Part shown: piece after piece, positions 1 through 9,568 of the stretch
Numbering within the stretch: the first letter of the stretch is position 1
Layout of the letters: the number at the start of each line of letters is the position of its first letter
DNA from: Candidatus Nanohaloarchaea archaeon
Lineage (GTDB): Archaea; Nanohalarchaeota; Nanosalinia; Nanosalinales; Nanosalinaceae
Direction: 5' to 3'
NCBI GenBank assembly: GCA_047617745.1
Contig: JBLGBN010000002.1
Coordinates: forward strand, 6,746 to 70,745
Length of the DNA: 64,000 bases
The notes under the pieces: model-generated
Told to the model about the DNA's origin: nothing
Database searches by the model: none
Seen by the model: the letters and a program-made list of their open reading frames with translations, nothing else
Position numbers and translations under genes: made by a program

Positions 1-707
1 TAGATAATCTTGAGTACTTTGTACTGGACGAAGCTGACAGAATGCTTGACATGGGATTCCAGGACGAACTTGAACAGATCATCGATTTCTGCCCGGAAGA
101 GAGACAGAACCTATTGTTTGGTGCAACCATCCCGCGGGAACTCAAGAAGATGTGCGACCGGTACGATATAGATCCGGAAACAATCAGGATTAAAGCATCG
201 CACCACACAAGAAATCTCGATGAGAAGTACCTTGACGTGGACGAGAACCGGAAAATATCTGCGCTCTACACACTTCTCAAAGAACGTGATACTGATCTAT
301 CCATTGTTTTCTGCCGGACCAAGGCAACAACTCGATGGTTGACTGACAAACTGAAGAAAAACGGAATTAAAGCGCAGACTCTGAACGGCGATATGAGCCA
401 GAACCAGAGAGAAAAAACGATCAAGGACTTCAAGAACGGAGAGTTCAATGTGGTTGTTGCGACAGATGTCGCGGCCAGAGGCCTTGACGTGGAAAACGTC
501 ACACATGTCTTCAACTACAACGTCCCCGACAAACCTGACACCTATACACACAGAGTTGGAAGAGCAGGTCGACAGGGCAAGGAAGGAGAGGCAATCACAC
601 TGCTCGAGTCAGACGAACATTCCAAGTTCCGGAGAATCAAGAGAAAGAAAGACGGGATCGAGAGAATGGATAAAGAAGAACTGGATCTGAGAAGCGTAAA
701 GACCTGA
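1..707 (+). CDS. DEAD-box ATP-dependent RNA helicase, C-terminal part (5' end outside window)
   Basis: The frame is open from nt 3: DNLEYFVLDEADRMLDMGF (DEAD motif II). Helicase-C motifs VATDVAARGLD and HRVGRAGRQG follow. Stop at 705-707. Confidence 0.9.
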   Translation, partial: DNLEYFVLDEADRMLDMGFQDELEQIIDFCPEERQNLLFGATIPRELKKMCDRYDIDPETIRIKASHHTRNLDEKYLDVDENRKISALYTLLKERDTDLSIVFCRTKATTRWLTDKLKKNGIKAQTLNGDMSQNQREKTIKDFKNGEFNVVVATDVAARGLDVENVTHVFNYNVPDKPDTYTHRVGRAGRQGKEGEAITLLESDEHSKFRRIKRKKDGIERMDKEELDLRSVKT

Positions 708-721
708 AGTTGGGGCCAACT

Positions 722-730
722 GATTTAAAT
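722..730 (+). promoter_or_regulatory. TATA-like box GATTTAAAT about 25 nt upstream of the 751 start
   Basis: The same GATTTAAAT/C element recurs at a similar distance from start codons at 4332, 55462 and 61130. The spacing fits archaeal TATA-to-TSS distance with leaderless mRNAs. Confidence 0.4.
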
Positions 731-750
731 CTGGAAACATATTTTTACTA

Positions 751-1905
751 TTGAAAGGTGAAAACTTGACCTCCCAGAATTTTGTTAACGCCCAGATCAG
801 ACACTCAAAGCCGGAAGACGCCGAACCTATAACAGAGGAATTCAAGGACGAATACGTAGACTACTACGGTAAATTTGTCGATGAACCCGAGCTAAGAGAT
901 TTTATTGACGAAATGCACAATGATCTGGACAGAGGTGAACAGCCTGAGGAAATTCTCAGAACAGTTATAGACGCGGATAGCGAGGAGTTTATCGGTGTCG
1001 GATCTATAAAGTTGAACGGCGATAGAGCAGAACTGGGTTCAACTATAATAGAACCTGAAATGAGAGGTCGGAAAGCCGAGACAGGCAACAAAATTTACGA
1101 CGAACTTTTCCAGAACCGGCTTGATACAGTCAGAAATATGATAGAAGATCCAACAGAAGATATCACAAAAGCACACACCCAGCTTCTTGCCGATAAATCA
1201 GCTGCAACCCAGAACGTAGCAGACAGGTACGGATTTGGCGTTACCGGTGTTTACGACAGCAAGTTCCCCACCGCTTACGAAGGAAAAGGAAGGGTAACAG
1301 TTGTTGACATGTACTGGGGTGACAGCGACTTCGGAGAGCAGGAAGAAGTCTACGTGCCTTCAGATGGCCTCAACATGGTAGAATCTGCGCTCAGCAACAT
1401 TAATGAGAAAAGAAGCCATGATAGAGCTCCGGTCACACGGGAAACTACAACCGAAGGATGGGAAACCGAATCCCGTTACTCGGTCAAATCAAAAGTAGTC
1501 GGAGAGCCTATGAACTTCGCTGAAATCGAGGTAGTACACGACGAATACGGATCATACACCTGGGATGAACTGCTGGAGGAGGTAGAATCGGTCGAGAACG
1601 ATATAGGTGATGAGGAACACGACTACTGGATAGGGATCTCAGTCGATGCAAACCATCCGGAAAGCATCGAAACCGTGCAGTCGCTTAAGGATCGCCTTGG
1701 AATGGACTATGCAGGATTTAACCCTGGAAAGATAGAGTATGGCGGAGAGAAAAAGGATTCCATCGAACTCCAGGACCGATGGGAGGAAAGATTTGAGAAG
1801 CAGTTCATCAGAGAAGCTGCCCAGTTCCTGAAGACTACAGGAATAGAACCCGAAGACTCAAATTTAACAACCGACTACAATAATTCTGTATACCTGGAAA
1901 TATGA
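751..1905 (+). CDS. hypothetical acidic protein (N-terminal part weakly GNAT-like)
   Basis: 384-codon ORF with a TTG start. Its stop overlaps the next gene's ATG (ATGA at 1902-1905), implying co-translation with the M20 peptidase. I could not name a strong motif. Confidence 0.6.
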   Translation: MKGENLTSQNFVNAQIRHSKPEDAEPITEEFKDEYVDYYGKFVDEPELRDFIDEMHNDLDRGEQPEEILRTVIDADSEEFIGVGSIKLNGDRAELGSTIIEPEMRGRKAETGNKIYDELFQNRLDTVRNMIEDPTEDITKAHTQLLADKSAATQNVADRYGFGVTGVYDSKFPTAYEGKGRVTVVDMYWGDSDFGEQEEVYVPSDGLNMVESALSNINEKRSHDRAPVTRETTTEGWETESRYSVKSKVVGEPMNFAEIEVVHDEYGSYTWDELLEEVESVENDIGDEEHDYWIGISVDANHPESIETVQSLKDRLGMDYAGFNPGKIEYGGEKKDSIELQDRWEERFEKQFIREAAQFLKTTGIEPEDSNLTTDYNNSVYLEI

Positions 1906-2993
1906 GCCACGAAATATCCGAGAGTATCACAAAACTTACAGAAGACCTAGTAAGACTCAGGACGGTCAAAGGCAATGACGAAGAGTTCAGGAAAGCTTTC
2001 AATTATATTGAAGATTACTTTTCCGGTACAGATCTGGAAATCCGGAGACATGAATTTGACGGTTACACGACCATGATGATTCTATCCGATCCGGATCCAG
2101 AAATTCTTCTCCACGGACATATCGATGTTGTCTCAGCTGACGACGAAATGTTCGAACCTGAAGTCAGAGACGGAAAGATTTTCGGCAGAGGTACAGGCGA
2201 TATGAAGGCTGGAGTTGCCCTCCTTATGGAACTAATGAAGAAAGAAGTCGCCGAGAAAGATCTCTCTGCAGGTTTAATGATTGTTTCGGACGAGGAAATC
2301 GGCGGTTTCAACGGCGCCAAGAAAATAGTTGACGAAAAGCTTTACAGCCCGGAATTTGTGATAAGTGCAGAGCCGAACAATACAGAGGGATACCTGAAGA
2401 TAATTACAGAGCAGAAAGGAGTGATTAGAGCAGTGATATCCACGGAGGGAGAAAACGCTCACGGTTCCCAACCCTGGAAAGGAGAAAACGCAGCGGAAAA
2501 TCTATGGGAAATGTACAGCCAGCTGAAATCTAACTTTGAAGGAGCGGAAGACAACTGGAACACAACAGTAAACCTAGGTGCTTTCCACTCCGGCGAAGCA
2601 TTCAACGTAGTCCCAGACAAAGCGGAGGCCAAACTGGATATCAGGTGGACAGAAGATTACAGTCCCGAAGATATTGAATCCGACGCAGAGAAAATCGAAG
2701 GACTGGAACTCGAAGTCCTATCAGTCGATCCAATGCTGAAGACTGATCCGGAAAACCGCTACATCCAAACTCTACAGAAAGTTTCCCAGCCGGTTTTAGG
2801 CGAGGAAATTGAGGTAACCCGGAAAGAAGCCGCCAGCGACATGAGACACTTCTCAGGTAAAGGAATACCTGGAATAGTTTTCGGCCCAGAAGCTTACGGC
2901 ATTCACGAAGATGGCGAATATGCGGTGATAGAAAGCTTTGAGGACTACTATAGAATACTGGAAAATTTCCTGGATGAAAACGAGGGGAACTAG
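1902..2993 (+). CDS. M20 family metallopeptidase (ArgE/DapE-like deacylase)
   Basis: Motifs LHGHIDVV, GRGTGDMKAG and SDEEIGG, plus the C-terminal HEDGEY region, are typical of the M20 ArgE/DapE/CPG2 family. Confidence 0.85.
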   Translation: MSHEISESITKLTEDLVRLRTVKGNDEEFRKAFNYIEDYFSGTDLEIRRHEFDGYTTMMILSDPDPEILLHGHIDVVSADDEMFEPEVRDGKIFGRGTGDMKAGVALLMELMKKEVAEKDLSAGLMIVSDEEIGGFNGAKKIVDEKLYSPEFVISAEPNNTEGYLKIITEQKGVIRAVISTEGENAHGSQPWKGENAAENLWEMYSQLKSNFEGAEDNWNTTVNLGAFHSGEAFNVVPDKAEAKLDIRWTEDYSPEDIESDAEKIEGLELEVLSVDPMLKTDPENRYIQTLQKVSQPVLGEEIEVTRKEAASDMRHFSGKGIPGIVFGPEAYGIHEDGEYAVIESFEDYYRILENFLDENEGN

Positions 2994-4258
2994 CTGAACT
3001 TATTTTTCCTCACATCTACTTCATCTATTATCTTCTGATCGTCAAACATTCTCAGTTCACCTTCCCTAACAACTATCCTGCCGTCAATTATAACGTCGGA
3101 AACGTCCCCGCTGAATGAGTAGATCAAGTTGGATACTAAACCTTCTTTTCCGTGAACCGGATTCATCTCCGGCCGATCCAGATCAATTATTACCAGATCT
3201 GCTTTCTTTCCGATCTCGATAGACCCAATCTCGTCCCCCCTTCCGAGAGCTTTCGCGCCGTTGATCGTCATCATATCCAAAACTTCCTGCTCATGGATTT
3301 CCCTGGGATCATCTCTCTTGTGGAGCAGAGCTGTGAGCTTTCCTTCCTCGAACAGGTTCAGGTTGTTGTTCGATGCAACTCCGTCCGTTCCTAAAGCCAC
3401 ATTTATTCCTCGTTCAAGCATCACCGGTACTTCAGCAATACCGGAACCAAGCTTCAGATTGGCGGAAGGATTGTGAACAACTGAACCACCTTTCTCCGAT
3501 AGGATATCAAGATCCTCCTCTCCCAGCCAGACACCATGAGCTGCAATCAGATCCTGATTCACAAGTCCAAGACTGTCAAGATACTGGACCGGGGTTTCCC
3601 CCGTTTCCTCTATACAGTCCTTCACTTCTTTCCTTGTCTCGGAAACATGGATATGGTACGGAACATCGAAAACTTCCGAATAATCACGGGCCTCTAGCAG
3701 AGCAGATTCTGACGCAGTATAAACCGCATGTGGAGCGAAGCCTGGAGTCACCAGTTCGTGATCCTGATATTTTTCAACAAAGTTCAGTGCTTCATCAATG
3801 TCTTCCCGATCTCCGTCCTCATCGATTATTCCACGAGAAAGAACTGCACGGATACCAGAATCTTCTACCGCCTCCGCGACTTTATCCATGTGGAAGTACA
3901 TGTCATTGAAAGTAGTGGTACCGGTTTTCAGCATTTCGGAAATACCAAGCATCGCGCCTAGATATGCATCTCTCGGCTCGATCTTATCCTCCGCAGGGAA
4001 AATATCCTCCTCAAGCCAGTTCTGTAACTGCTTGTTGTCGGATAATCCTCTGAGAAGCGTCATCGAAATATGGGTATGAGCGTTCACCAGCCCTGGAATA
4101 ACCGCTTTATCCGAACAGTCAATTACATCATGACCGCGAGCATCAAGTTCTTCACCTACCGCAGCAATTTTGTCGTCAACAACCTTCAGATCAACTTTTT
4201 CTAGAACCCTTCTGTCGCTGTCCTGCTTTATCAAGTACCGGATGTTTTTGAGGATCAT
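2990..4258 (-). CDS. mtaD: amidohydrolase, 5-methylthioadenosine/S-adenosylhomocysteine deaminase-like
   Basis: Metal-binding motifs VNAHTHISMTLLRG, HVSET, HNPSANLKLGSG and GTDGVASNN match the chlorohydrolase/MtaD family pattern. Confidence 0.8.
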   Translation of the reverse strand: MILKNIRYLIKQDSDRRVLEKVDLKVVDDKIAAVGEELDARGHDVIDCSDKAVIPGLVNAHTHISMTLLRGLSDNKQLQNWLEEDIFPAEDKIEPRDAYLGAMLGISEMLKTGTTTFNDMYFHMDKVAEAVEDSGIRAVLSRGIIDEDGDREDIDEALNFVEKYQDHELVTPGFAPHAVYTASESALLEARDYSEVFDVPYHIHVSETRKEVKDCIEETGETPVQYLDSLGLVNQDLIAAHGVWLGEEDLDILSEKGGSVVHNPSANLKLGSGIAEVPVMLERGINVALGTDGVASNNNLNLFEEGKLTALLHKRDDPREIHEQEVLDMMTINGAKALGRGDEIGSIEIGKKADLVIIDLDRPEMNPVHGKEGLVSNLIYSFSGDVSDVIIDGRIVVREGELRMFDDQKIIDEVDVRKNKFS

Positions 4259-4331
4259 AGGTTATGTTGAGAAGGTAAAATTATAATAGGGAAATCCCCT
4301 CCGTCAACGAATGCAATTGTTACTCCGGAGT

Positions 4332-4340
4332 GATTTAAAT
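4332..4340 (+). promoter_or_regulatory. TATA-like box GATTTAAAT about 27 nt upstream of ATG 4363
   Basis: Identical 9-mer to 722-730, at the same spacing to the start codon. Confidence 0.4.
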
Positions 4341-4362
4341 TTACCTGTTCTCTATATTCTAC

Positions 4363-5235
4363 ATGAGCGGCAATTACCAGAGACAGGACCCCTCAAGTGA
4401 TAGATACGTCAATCGGAGAGCTGAAGAAGTAGTAATTGATGAAACTGACGACCATGTCTACGAGGAGAAACAGCGAGGCCCTGAACGTTTCTATGAAGAG
4501 CTAACAGATGGGAATATAGGTCTAAGATCCGGTAATGTGAAATTCGACCCAGATCTCTATATCGATGAAGATTCAGATGTACCGGAGGATATAGACTCCT
4601 TCACCTATATTGACTCAATTACCCACGCGCTTGAGACTTCTCCCACCTTTGAAACAGTTTCGCTGGATTCGGACAGAGGATATATTGAATTTGAGGCTTA
4701 CCGCGGCAATAACTGGCACGTTTTTGTACCTTTCATCGATGAGAATAACGCTTCTCTTCTGATGGAGGTCGAAAACCCGTGGACAGAAGAGTTCTCGGTA
4801 TTCGGATATAACCGGCAGAACAATATACCAGATAATGTTGAAGAGGAAGTAGCCCGGATAAGTTATGATCTCTGCAGGGAGGCAATACCAGAGATCGGCA
4901 TACCTGTCGAAAATAAGAAAGAGGACTGGCTGAAAAGAAAATTAGCAGGATTCCATGATTCAGACGCATTCGATCAGCTTGAAAAAGGCCCTCAGGTAGC
5001 AACTTTCGATGACGATGACAATATAATGAACAATAGAGGGCGGATGATCCCTATAGAAATTAGCAAGTTCAGTAAGGCTCTCAAAAATGCCAGAGTTATC
5101 GACTACACAACAGATATCTTCGCAGGAGACCAGAACAAGATAGAGGTAGAAGGTGGCGGTTACAAGCTTGTAACTGATGCAGAAGACCCAATGGAGTTAA
5201 TTGAAGATCGACTGCCGGACAGATGGAAAAACTAA
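4363..5235 (+). CDS. hypothetical acidic protein
   Basis: 290-codon ORF with a D/E-rich composition like its neighbours. No recognisable motif. Confidence 0.6.
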   Translation: MSGNYQRQDPSSDRYVNRRAEEVVIDETDDHVYEEKQRGPERFYEELTDGNIGLRSGNVKFDPDLYIDEDSDVPEDIDSFTYIDSITHALETSPTFETVSLDSDRGYIEFEAYRGNNWHVFVPFIDENNASLLMEVENPWTEEFSVFGYNRQNNIPDNVEEEVARISYDLCREAIPEIGIPVENKKEDWLKRKLAGFHDSDAFDQLEKGPQVATFDDDDNIMNNRGRMIPIEISKFSKALKNARVIDYTTDIFAGDQNKIEVEGGGYKLVTDAEDPMELIEDRLPDRWKN

Positions 5236-5268
5236 ATAAGAAAGAATTTGCCTGGCAAGCCTCGCTTC

Positions 5269-6741
5269 TCAGTAGTTTTTCGCGAAGTATGCCCACTTCT
5301 TCGCGTTTTCTCCACAGACTGCACATTCCCCGTCGATCACTTCCTCCTCTTCCTGAATCTGGTCTGGCTTCGAGTTCTCTCTGAACGGTAGGACTACGAT
5401 TTCTGCTGAGACTTCGTCCTTGACTTCTTCCTCGCATTCCTCATCTCCGCACCATCGAGCCTTCACGTAGCCGCGATTCTTTCCGATAGTGCCGAGAATT
5501 TCGTTCTTGGACTCTGCCTCTCTGATGTTGGCTTCAAGATAGTCCGCTAGTTCATCGTAGAGTCCGTTCTGAACTGAGTCAAGCAGTGAGTCTGTCTTGG
5601 CTTTTGTTGCTTCAATATTAAATGTTGTCTGTTCCCCGTTATCTCTTCTGACAGCTGTCACTTCCTCGTCCTCCATTTCGTTTGGTCCAACTTCAAGTCT
5701 TAGAGGTACTCCTTTCAGCTCCCATTCGTTGTACTTGTAGCCCGGGGTTCGGTGATCACGGTCGTCCAGCTCTACCCTGAAGTCGTCTTTCAGCTCTTCC
5801 CTGACTTCTTCGGCGTACTCTACCACTTCAGCCCGGTTGTCTCCCTGGTGGATCGGAACAATTACAACCTGGATAGGCGCGATGCTTGGAGGCAGTCTAA
5901 GCCCGTCATTATCGCCGTGCGCCATGATTAAAGCTCCAATTGTTCTAGTTGATAGACCCCAGCTTGTGGTGTAGCAGACAGATTCCTCCGAGTTCTCGTC
6001 TTCGAATGTAATGTCAAAAGCTTCCGCGAAGTGCTGTCCTAGTTGGTGGGATGTACCAGACTGGATGGATTTCCCGTCAGGCATCAGTGTTTCGATTGTA
6101 GTAGTATACTTTGCTCCCGGGAACTTGTCATGCTCCGGCTTGTAACCCAGAATGCTCGGGATCGCCAGATGGTCCTCTATAACTTCCTGGTACTGCTCCA
6201 GTCGCAGCATTGTCTCTTCGTCAGCGGATTCCTCTGTTGCGTGGGCGGTGTGTCCCTCCTGCCAGAGAAACTCTCTGGTTCTGAGGAACGGCCGGGTATC
6301 TGTTGCCTCCCATCGGACCACGTTAGCCCACTGGTTCAGCCTCAGCGGAAGGTCTCGATGGCTTCTGATCCAGTCACTCATGAAAGGTGCAATTATAGAC
6401 TCGGAGGTTGGCCTTACAGCTAGTCTCTCCTCCAGTTCCTCGTTTCCGCCGTGTGTTACCCATGCGACCTCGGGATCGAAACCTTCGACAATATCTGATT
6501 CTTTTTCAAGGTAGCTTTCCGGGATGAAAAGCGGGAAGTATGCGTTTTCAACCCCGGTTTCCTGAATTTTTCCGTCAAAGTCTTCTTTGATCGATTCCCA
6601 GAGCTTCATTCCCCACGGCTTGATAACCATGCAGCCTTTGACCGGCGCGTAATCCGCTAGGTCTGCTTTTTTGACTACTTCTGTATACCATTCATTTGGA
6701 TTCTTCTGCTTGTCCGTGGTTATCCCGAGTTCTTGCGACAT
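5269..6741 (-). CDS. proS: prolyl-tRNA synthetase (archaeal/eukaryal type)
   Basis: The class II core (FPLFIPESYLEKE, RPTSE, WANVVRWE) and the C-terminal zinc/ProRS-C1 tail (CAVCGENAKKWAYFAKNY) are characteristic. Confidence 0.95.
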   Translation of the reverse strand: MSQELGITTDKQKNPNEWYTEVVKKADLADYAPVKGCMVIKPWGMKLWESIKEDFDGKIQETGVENAYFPLFIPESYLEKESDIVEGFDPEVAWVTHGGNEELEERLAVRPTSESIIAPFMSDWIRSHRDLPLRLNQWANVVRWEATDTRPFLRTREFLWQEGHTAHATEESADEETMLRLEQYQEVIEDHLAIPSILGYKPEHDKFPGAKYTTTIETLMPDGKSIQSGTSHQLGQHFAEAFDITFEDENSEESVCYTTSWGLSTRTIGALIMAHGDNDGLRLPPSIAPIQVVIVPIHQGDNRAEVVEYAEEVREELKDDFRVELDDRDHRTPGYKYNEWELKGVPLRLEVGPNEMEDEEVTAVRRDNGEQTTFNIEATKAKTDSLLDSVQNGLYDELADYLEANIREAESKNEILGTIGKNRGYVKARWCGDEECEEEVKDEVSAEIVVLPFRENSKPDQIQEEEEVIDGECAVCGENAKKWAYFAKNY

Positions 6742-6801
6742 AGCTTTTGCCTCTATACTGGTCTTCTTTGAAAAATGTTTTGAAGCTTACTTCGGAACCT
6801 G

Positions 6802-7572
6802 TTACTTCGCTCCACGAACCACATGCCCATACTTCATCAGACCGACGAAAATTGCGCCTCCAAACGCATTTCCAAGGGTCGATAACGACAGGAACGCAAG
6901 GTAATCCATAATTGTGATGCTGGAAGAAGTGAAAAGCCCAAACAATACCTCGACGTTTCCAGCGATGGAGTGAGGAAGGTGAAGCATTCCTATTGTGGCG
7001 GTGACCATCCAGATAACGAATACCCGGCTTAAAGTCTCCTGTGCTGCGCTGACAAGCCACGCCAGTAATCCCATAAGCCAGCCAGCGAATATCCCTGCTA
7101 TGAAAAGCCAGTGAAGCTGGTGGCTGACCAGTTTGTTTGCGATAGTTTCAAACGCTGCGGCCTCAATAACGCCCAGTCCAGGCATTAAAAGTACTGCAAG
7201 AGCTGTGAAAACCACTCCTCCTACAATGTTACCTGCATAGACGACTCCCCAGAGCCTTGCAAGATTCTTCACAGTTGCCTCACCGTCAATCACAGGCATA
7301 ACTGCCAGAGTGGTGTGTTCAGTGAAAAGCTCTGACCTGCCAAGAATAACAAATATGAAACCTACTGAGTAGGCGCTCGCCAGTAAAAGCTCCGTGGTAA
7401 GATCGCCGTAGCTACCTGCTGAAAGGGTCAGTATAACTCCCATAAGCAGTGGTCCGAAACCGATATCAAGTCCTGCCGAGAAGCTGGAGAGCAGAAGCCC
7501 GCTAGTCTGACGGTTGATCTCATGTGAACCTTTGTCGATCATCGACTGCAGGACTTCCCTGGCTGGTTTCAT
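6802..7572 (-). CDS. formate/nitrite transporter family (FNT) channel
   Basis: Polytopic membrane protein with GRSELFTEHTT and LHLPHSIAGNVE motifs typical of FocA/NirC-type channels. Confidence 0.85.
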   Translation of the reverse strand: MKPAREVLQSMIDKGSHEINRQTSGLLLSSFSAGLDIGFGPLLMGVILTLSAGSYGDLTTELLLASAYSVGFIFVILGRSELFTEHTTLAVMPVIDGEATVKNLARLWGVVYAGNIVGGVVFTALAVLLMPGLGVIEAAAFETIANKLVSHQLHWLFIAGIFAGWLMGLLAWLVSAAQETLSRVFVIWMVTATIGMLHLPHSIAGNVEVLFGLFTSSSITIMDYLAFLSLSTLGNAFGGAIFVGLMKYGHVVRGAK

Positions 7573-7634
7573 ACTTGGAATATTAATTTCCGAAGTTTTG
7601 AATACTTTTATTCCGCGCTGAAGAAGTAAGAGCT

Positions 7635-8261
7635 ATGAAGGCAGTAATCTTCGATATGGACGGAGTGATCGTTGATACAGAGAACCAATGGGCGGAAGCC
7701 GAAAAAGAGATTTACCAAGAGGCAACAGGCGAAAATATAGACCCGGAACAGTTCTCAGGTATGAGTATAACTAATACCTACAACGAGCTATCGGGAAAAT
7801 TTGGAACCCGAATCTCAGGTGAAGAGTTCTTCCAGCTATACGATGAACGGGCGGAGAAAATTTACACCCAGAAAGCCTCCATAAGAGAAGGTATGAAAGA
7901 CCTCGTTGACGAACTCGGATCCCAGAACGGGCTCAAACTCGGCATGGTGACAGGGTCTTACTGGCCGGAATACATTCTGAACCGTTTCAACCTGGAATTC
8001 GATGAGGTTATAACGCCGGAAGAGATCTCGGGCAACGGGAAGCCTGAACCGGAAATATACAGTTTAATGCTGGAAAGACTTGGTGTAGAACCTGGGGAAG
8101 CAGTTGTCGTAGAGGACAGCGACCCCGGTGTTTCAGCGGCTAAATCCGCAGGAATTTACTGTATCGGTTTGAGAGGGACAAAAAACCAGACGCTTGAAGA
8201 AGCAGATGAAGTCATGGATTCTCCTACGGACTTAGCTGAACGAGTTCATTCTCTAATCTAA
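7635..8261 (+). CDS. HAD-superfamily hydrolase (beta-phosphoglucomutase-like subfamily IA)
   Basis: Motif I FDMDGVIVDT, GKPEPEIY, and motif IV VVEDSDPGVSAAKSAG. Confidence 0.85.
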   Translation: MKAVIFDMDGVIVDTENQWAEAEKEIYQEATGENIDPEQFSGMSITNTYNELSGKFGTRISGEEFFQLYDERAEKIYTQKASIREGMKDLVDELGSQNGLKLGMVTGSYWPEYILNRFNLEFDEVITPEEISGNGKPEPEIYSLMLERLGVEPGEAVVVEDSDPGVSAAKSAGIYCIGLRGTKNQTLEEADEVMDSPTDLAERVHSLI

Positions 8262-8284
8262 CTGCCGCAATTATTAACGCCGGA

Positions 8285-8941
8285 ATGCAAAAATCCAGTA
8301 TGCCTCTTAAAGCAGTAATATTTGACATGGATGGCGTTCTATCTGCAACCCAGAAACTTCATGCTCAGGCGCAGTCCGAAGTGCTGGAAAAATACGGTGG
8401 CGAAATGTCGCCGGGAGAGATAACGGAGAAATACGCTGGGAGAGAACCAGGGACACTTTTCCGAGAGGAGTCAAACACGGACAGTCCTATGGAGGCACAC
8501 GCAGAAAAACAGGAAATACTCTACAGCCTTGTCGAGAAAGAAGGTGTTGAAAGTATCAAAGGTTCTAAAGAACTAGTAAGAAATCTTCAAGAGGATTACA
8601 GGCTTGCTGTCGCCTCTTCCTCGCAGCCGGATTTTATACAGAAAGTGTTAGAAGACCTTGGAATAGAAGAGTACTTCGACAGCATTGAAAGCGCAAGCAA
8701 TGTGGATAACGGGAAACCGGCTCCAGATGTTTTCCTGAAAGTCGCGGAAGAACTAGGGGTGAAACCCCGTAACTGTCTGGTGATTGAGGACGGTAGGAGC
8801 GGTATGGAAGGTGCAAAGAAAGCCGGTATGACGTGTATCGGCTTGGTTAACGAAGAGGGAGAAAACCCTGCAGATGAAACCATTGAAGGCCTGGAGAATC
8901 TGGACCAGACTTCAATTAAGAAGATATACAGGGATTCCTGA
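8285..8941 (+). CDS. HAD-superfamily hydrolase (second tandem paralog)
   Basis: FDMDGVLSAT, GKPAPDVF and VIEDGRSGMEGAKKAG. Same architecture as the upstream gene. Confidence 0.85.
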   Translation: MQKSSMPLKAVIFDMDGVLSATQKLHAQAQSEVLEKYGGEMSPGEITEKYAGREPGTLFREESNTDSPMEAHAEKQEILYSLVEKEGVESIKGSKELVRNLQEDYRLAVASSSQPDFIQKVLEDLGIEEYFDSIESASNVDNGKPAPDVFLKVAEELGVKPRNCLVIEDGRSGMEGAKKAGMTCIGLVNEEGENPADETIEGLENLDQTSIKKIYRDS

Positions 8942-8990
8942 ACCAGTCACATACAAAACTTGTTTTAACTAGAACTTTCAACCAGTACTC

Positions 8991-9527
8991 ATGAAGGAGG
9001 AGTACCGCTGCAGTGAATGTGGAAAAATTTTCGGGTCGGGGGATACGCTGCTGAAGCACTGGGACCTGGAACACGGCGGTATAGAGCAAAAAAATGAACT
9101 CGCCGAGTTTGGGATACCGGAGACCTCTCTGGACCGGGAGTCAGCTGCAGGCTTCGCTATAGGCTTCCTTCTTACAGCCGCTTTAATCGGCGGATTTGTA
9201 TACATGCAGAGTCAGGAACCAGCGGTCGATATAACCGTTGTAACGTGTGAAAACTGCAGTTACGGCGAGTTCCGCAACACAACCGGAGAACTGTTCAAGG
9301 TCAACTACCATGAAGTCGACTATCGGTCTGAGGAGGGTCAGAGACTGGTTGAGAAGTACGACCTGTACTATGTACCCGGATTCATATTTGACAGGGAAGT
9401 TGAGAACCGTGAGAATTTTACAAGGATAGAATCGGTGGTGGTTGAGTTCGACGACGCGTATGTACTGCCGGATAAAGGTGTTACCGCGGCGCAGAGAGTC
9501 AGTGAAGGCAGAAGCCTTGACCGGTAA
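8991..9527 (+). CDS. membrane-anchored thioredoxin-fold protein with N-terminal C2H2-type zinc finger
   Basis: The N-terminus CSECGKIFGSGDTLLKHWDLEH follows the C-x2-C...H-x5-H pattern. One TM helix (AAGFAIGFLLTAALIGGFVYM) follows. The next part, ITVVTCENCS...LVEKYDLYYVPGFIF, resembles a small thioredoxin/glutaredoxin-like fold with a CxxC and a cis-Pro loop. Confidence 0.55.
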   Translation: MKEEYRCSECGKIFGSGDTLLKHWDLEHGGIEQKNELAEFGIPETSLDRESAAGFAIGFLLTAALIGGFVYMQSQEPAVDITVVTCENCSYGEFRNTTGELFKVNYHEVDYRSEEGQRLVEKYDLYYVPGFIFDREVENRENFTRIESVVVEFDDAYVLPDKGVTAAQRVSEGRSLDR

Positions 9528-9568
9528 GACAACACAGATAAAAGATTCTCTCCTCTCTATTTGTATAG

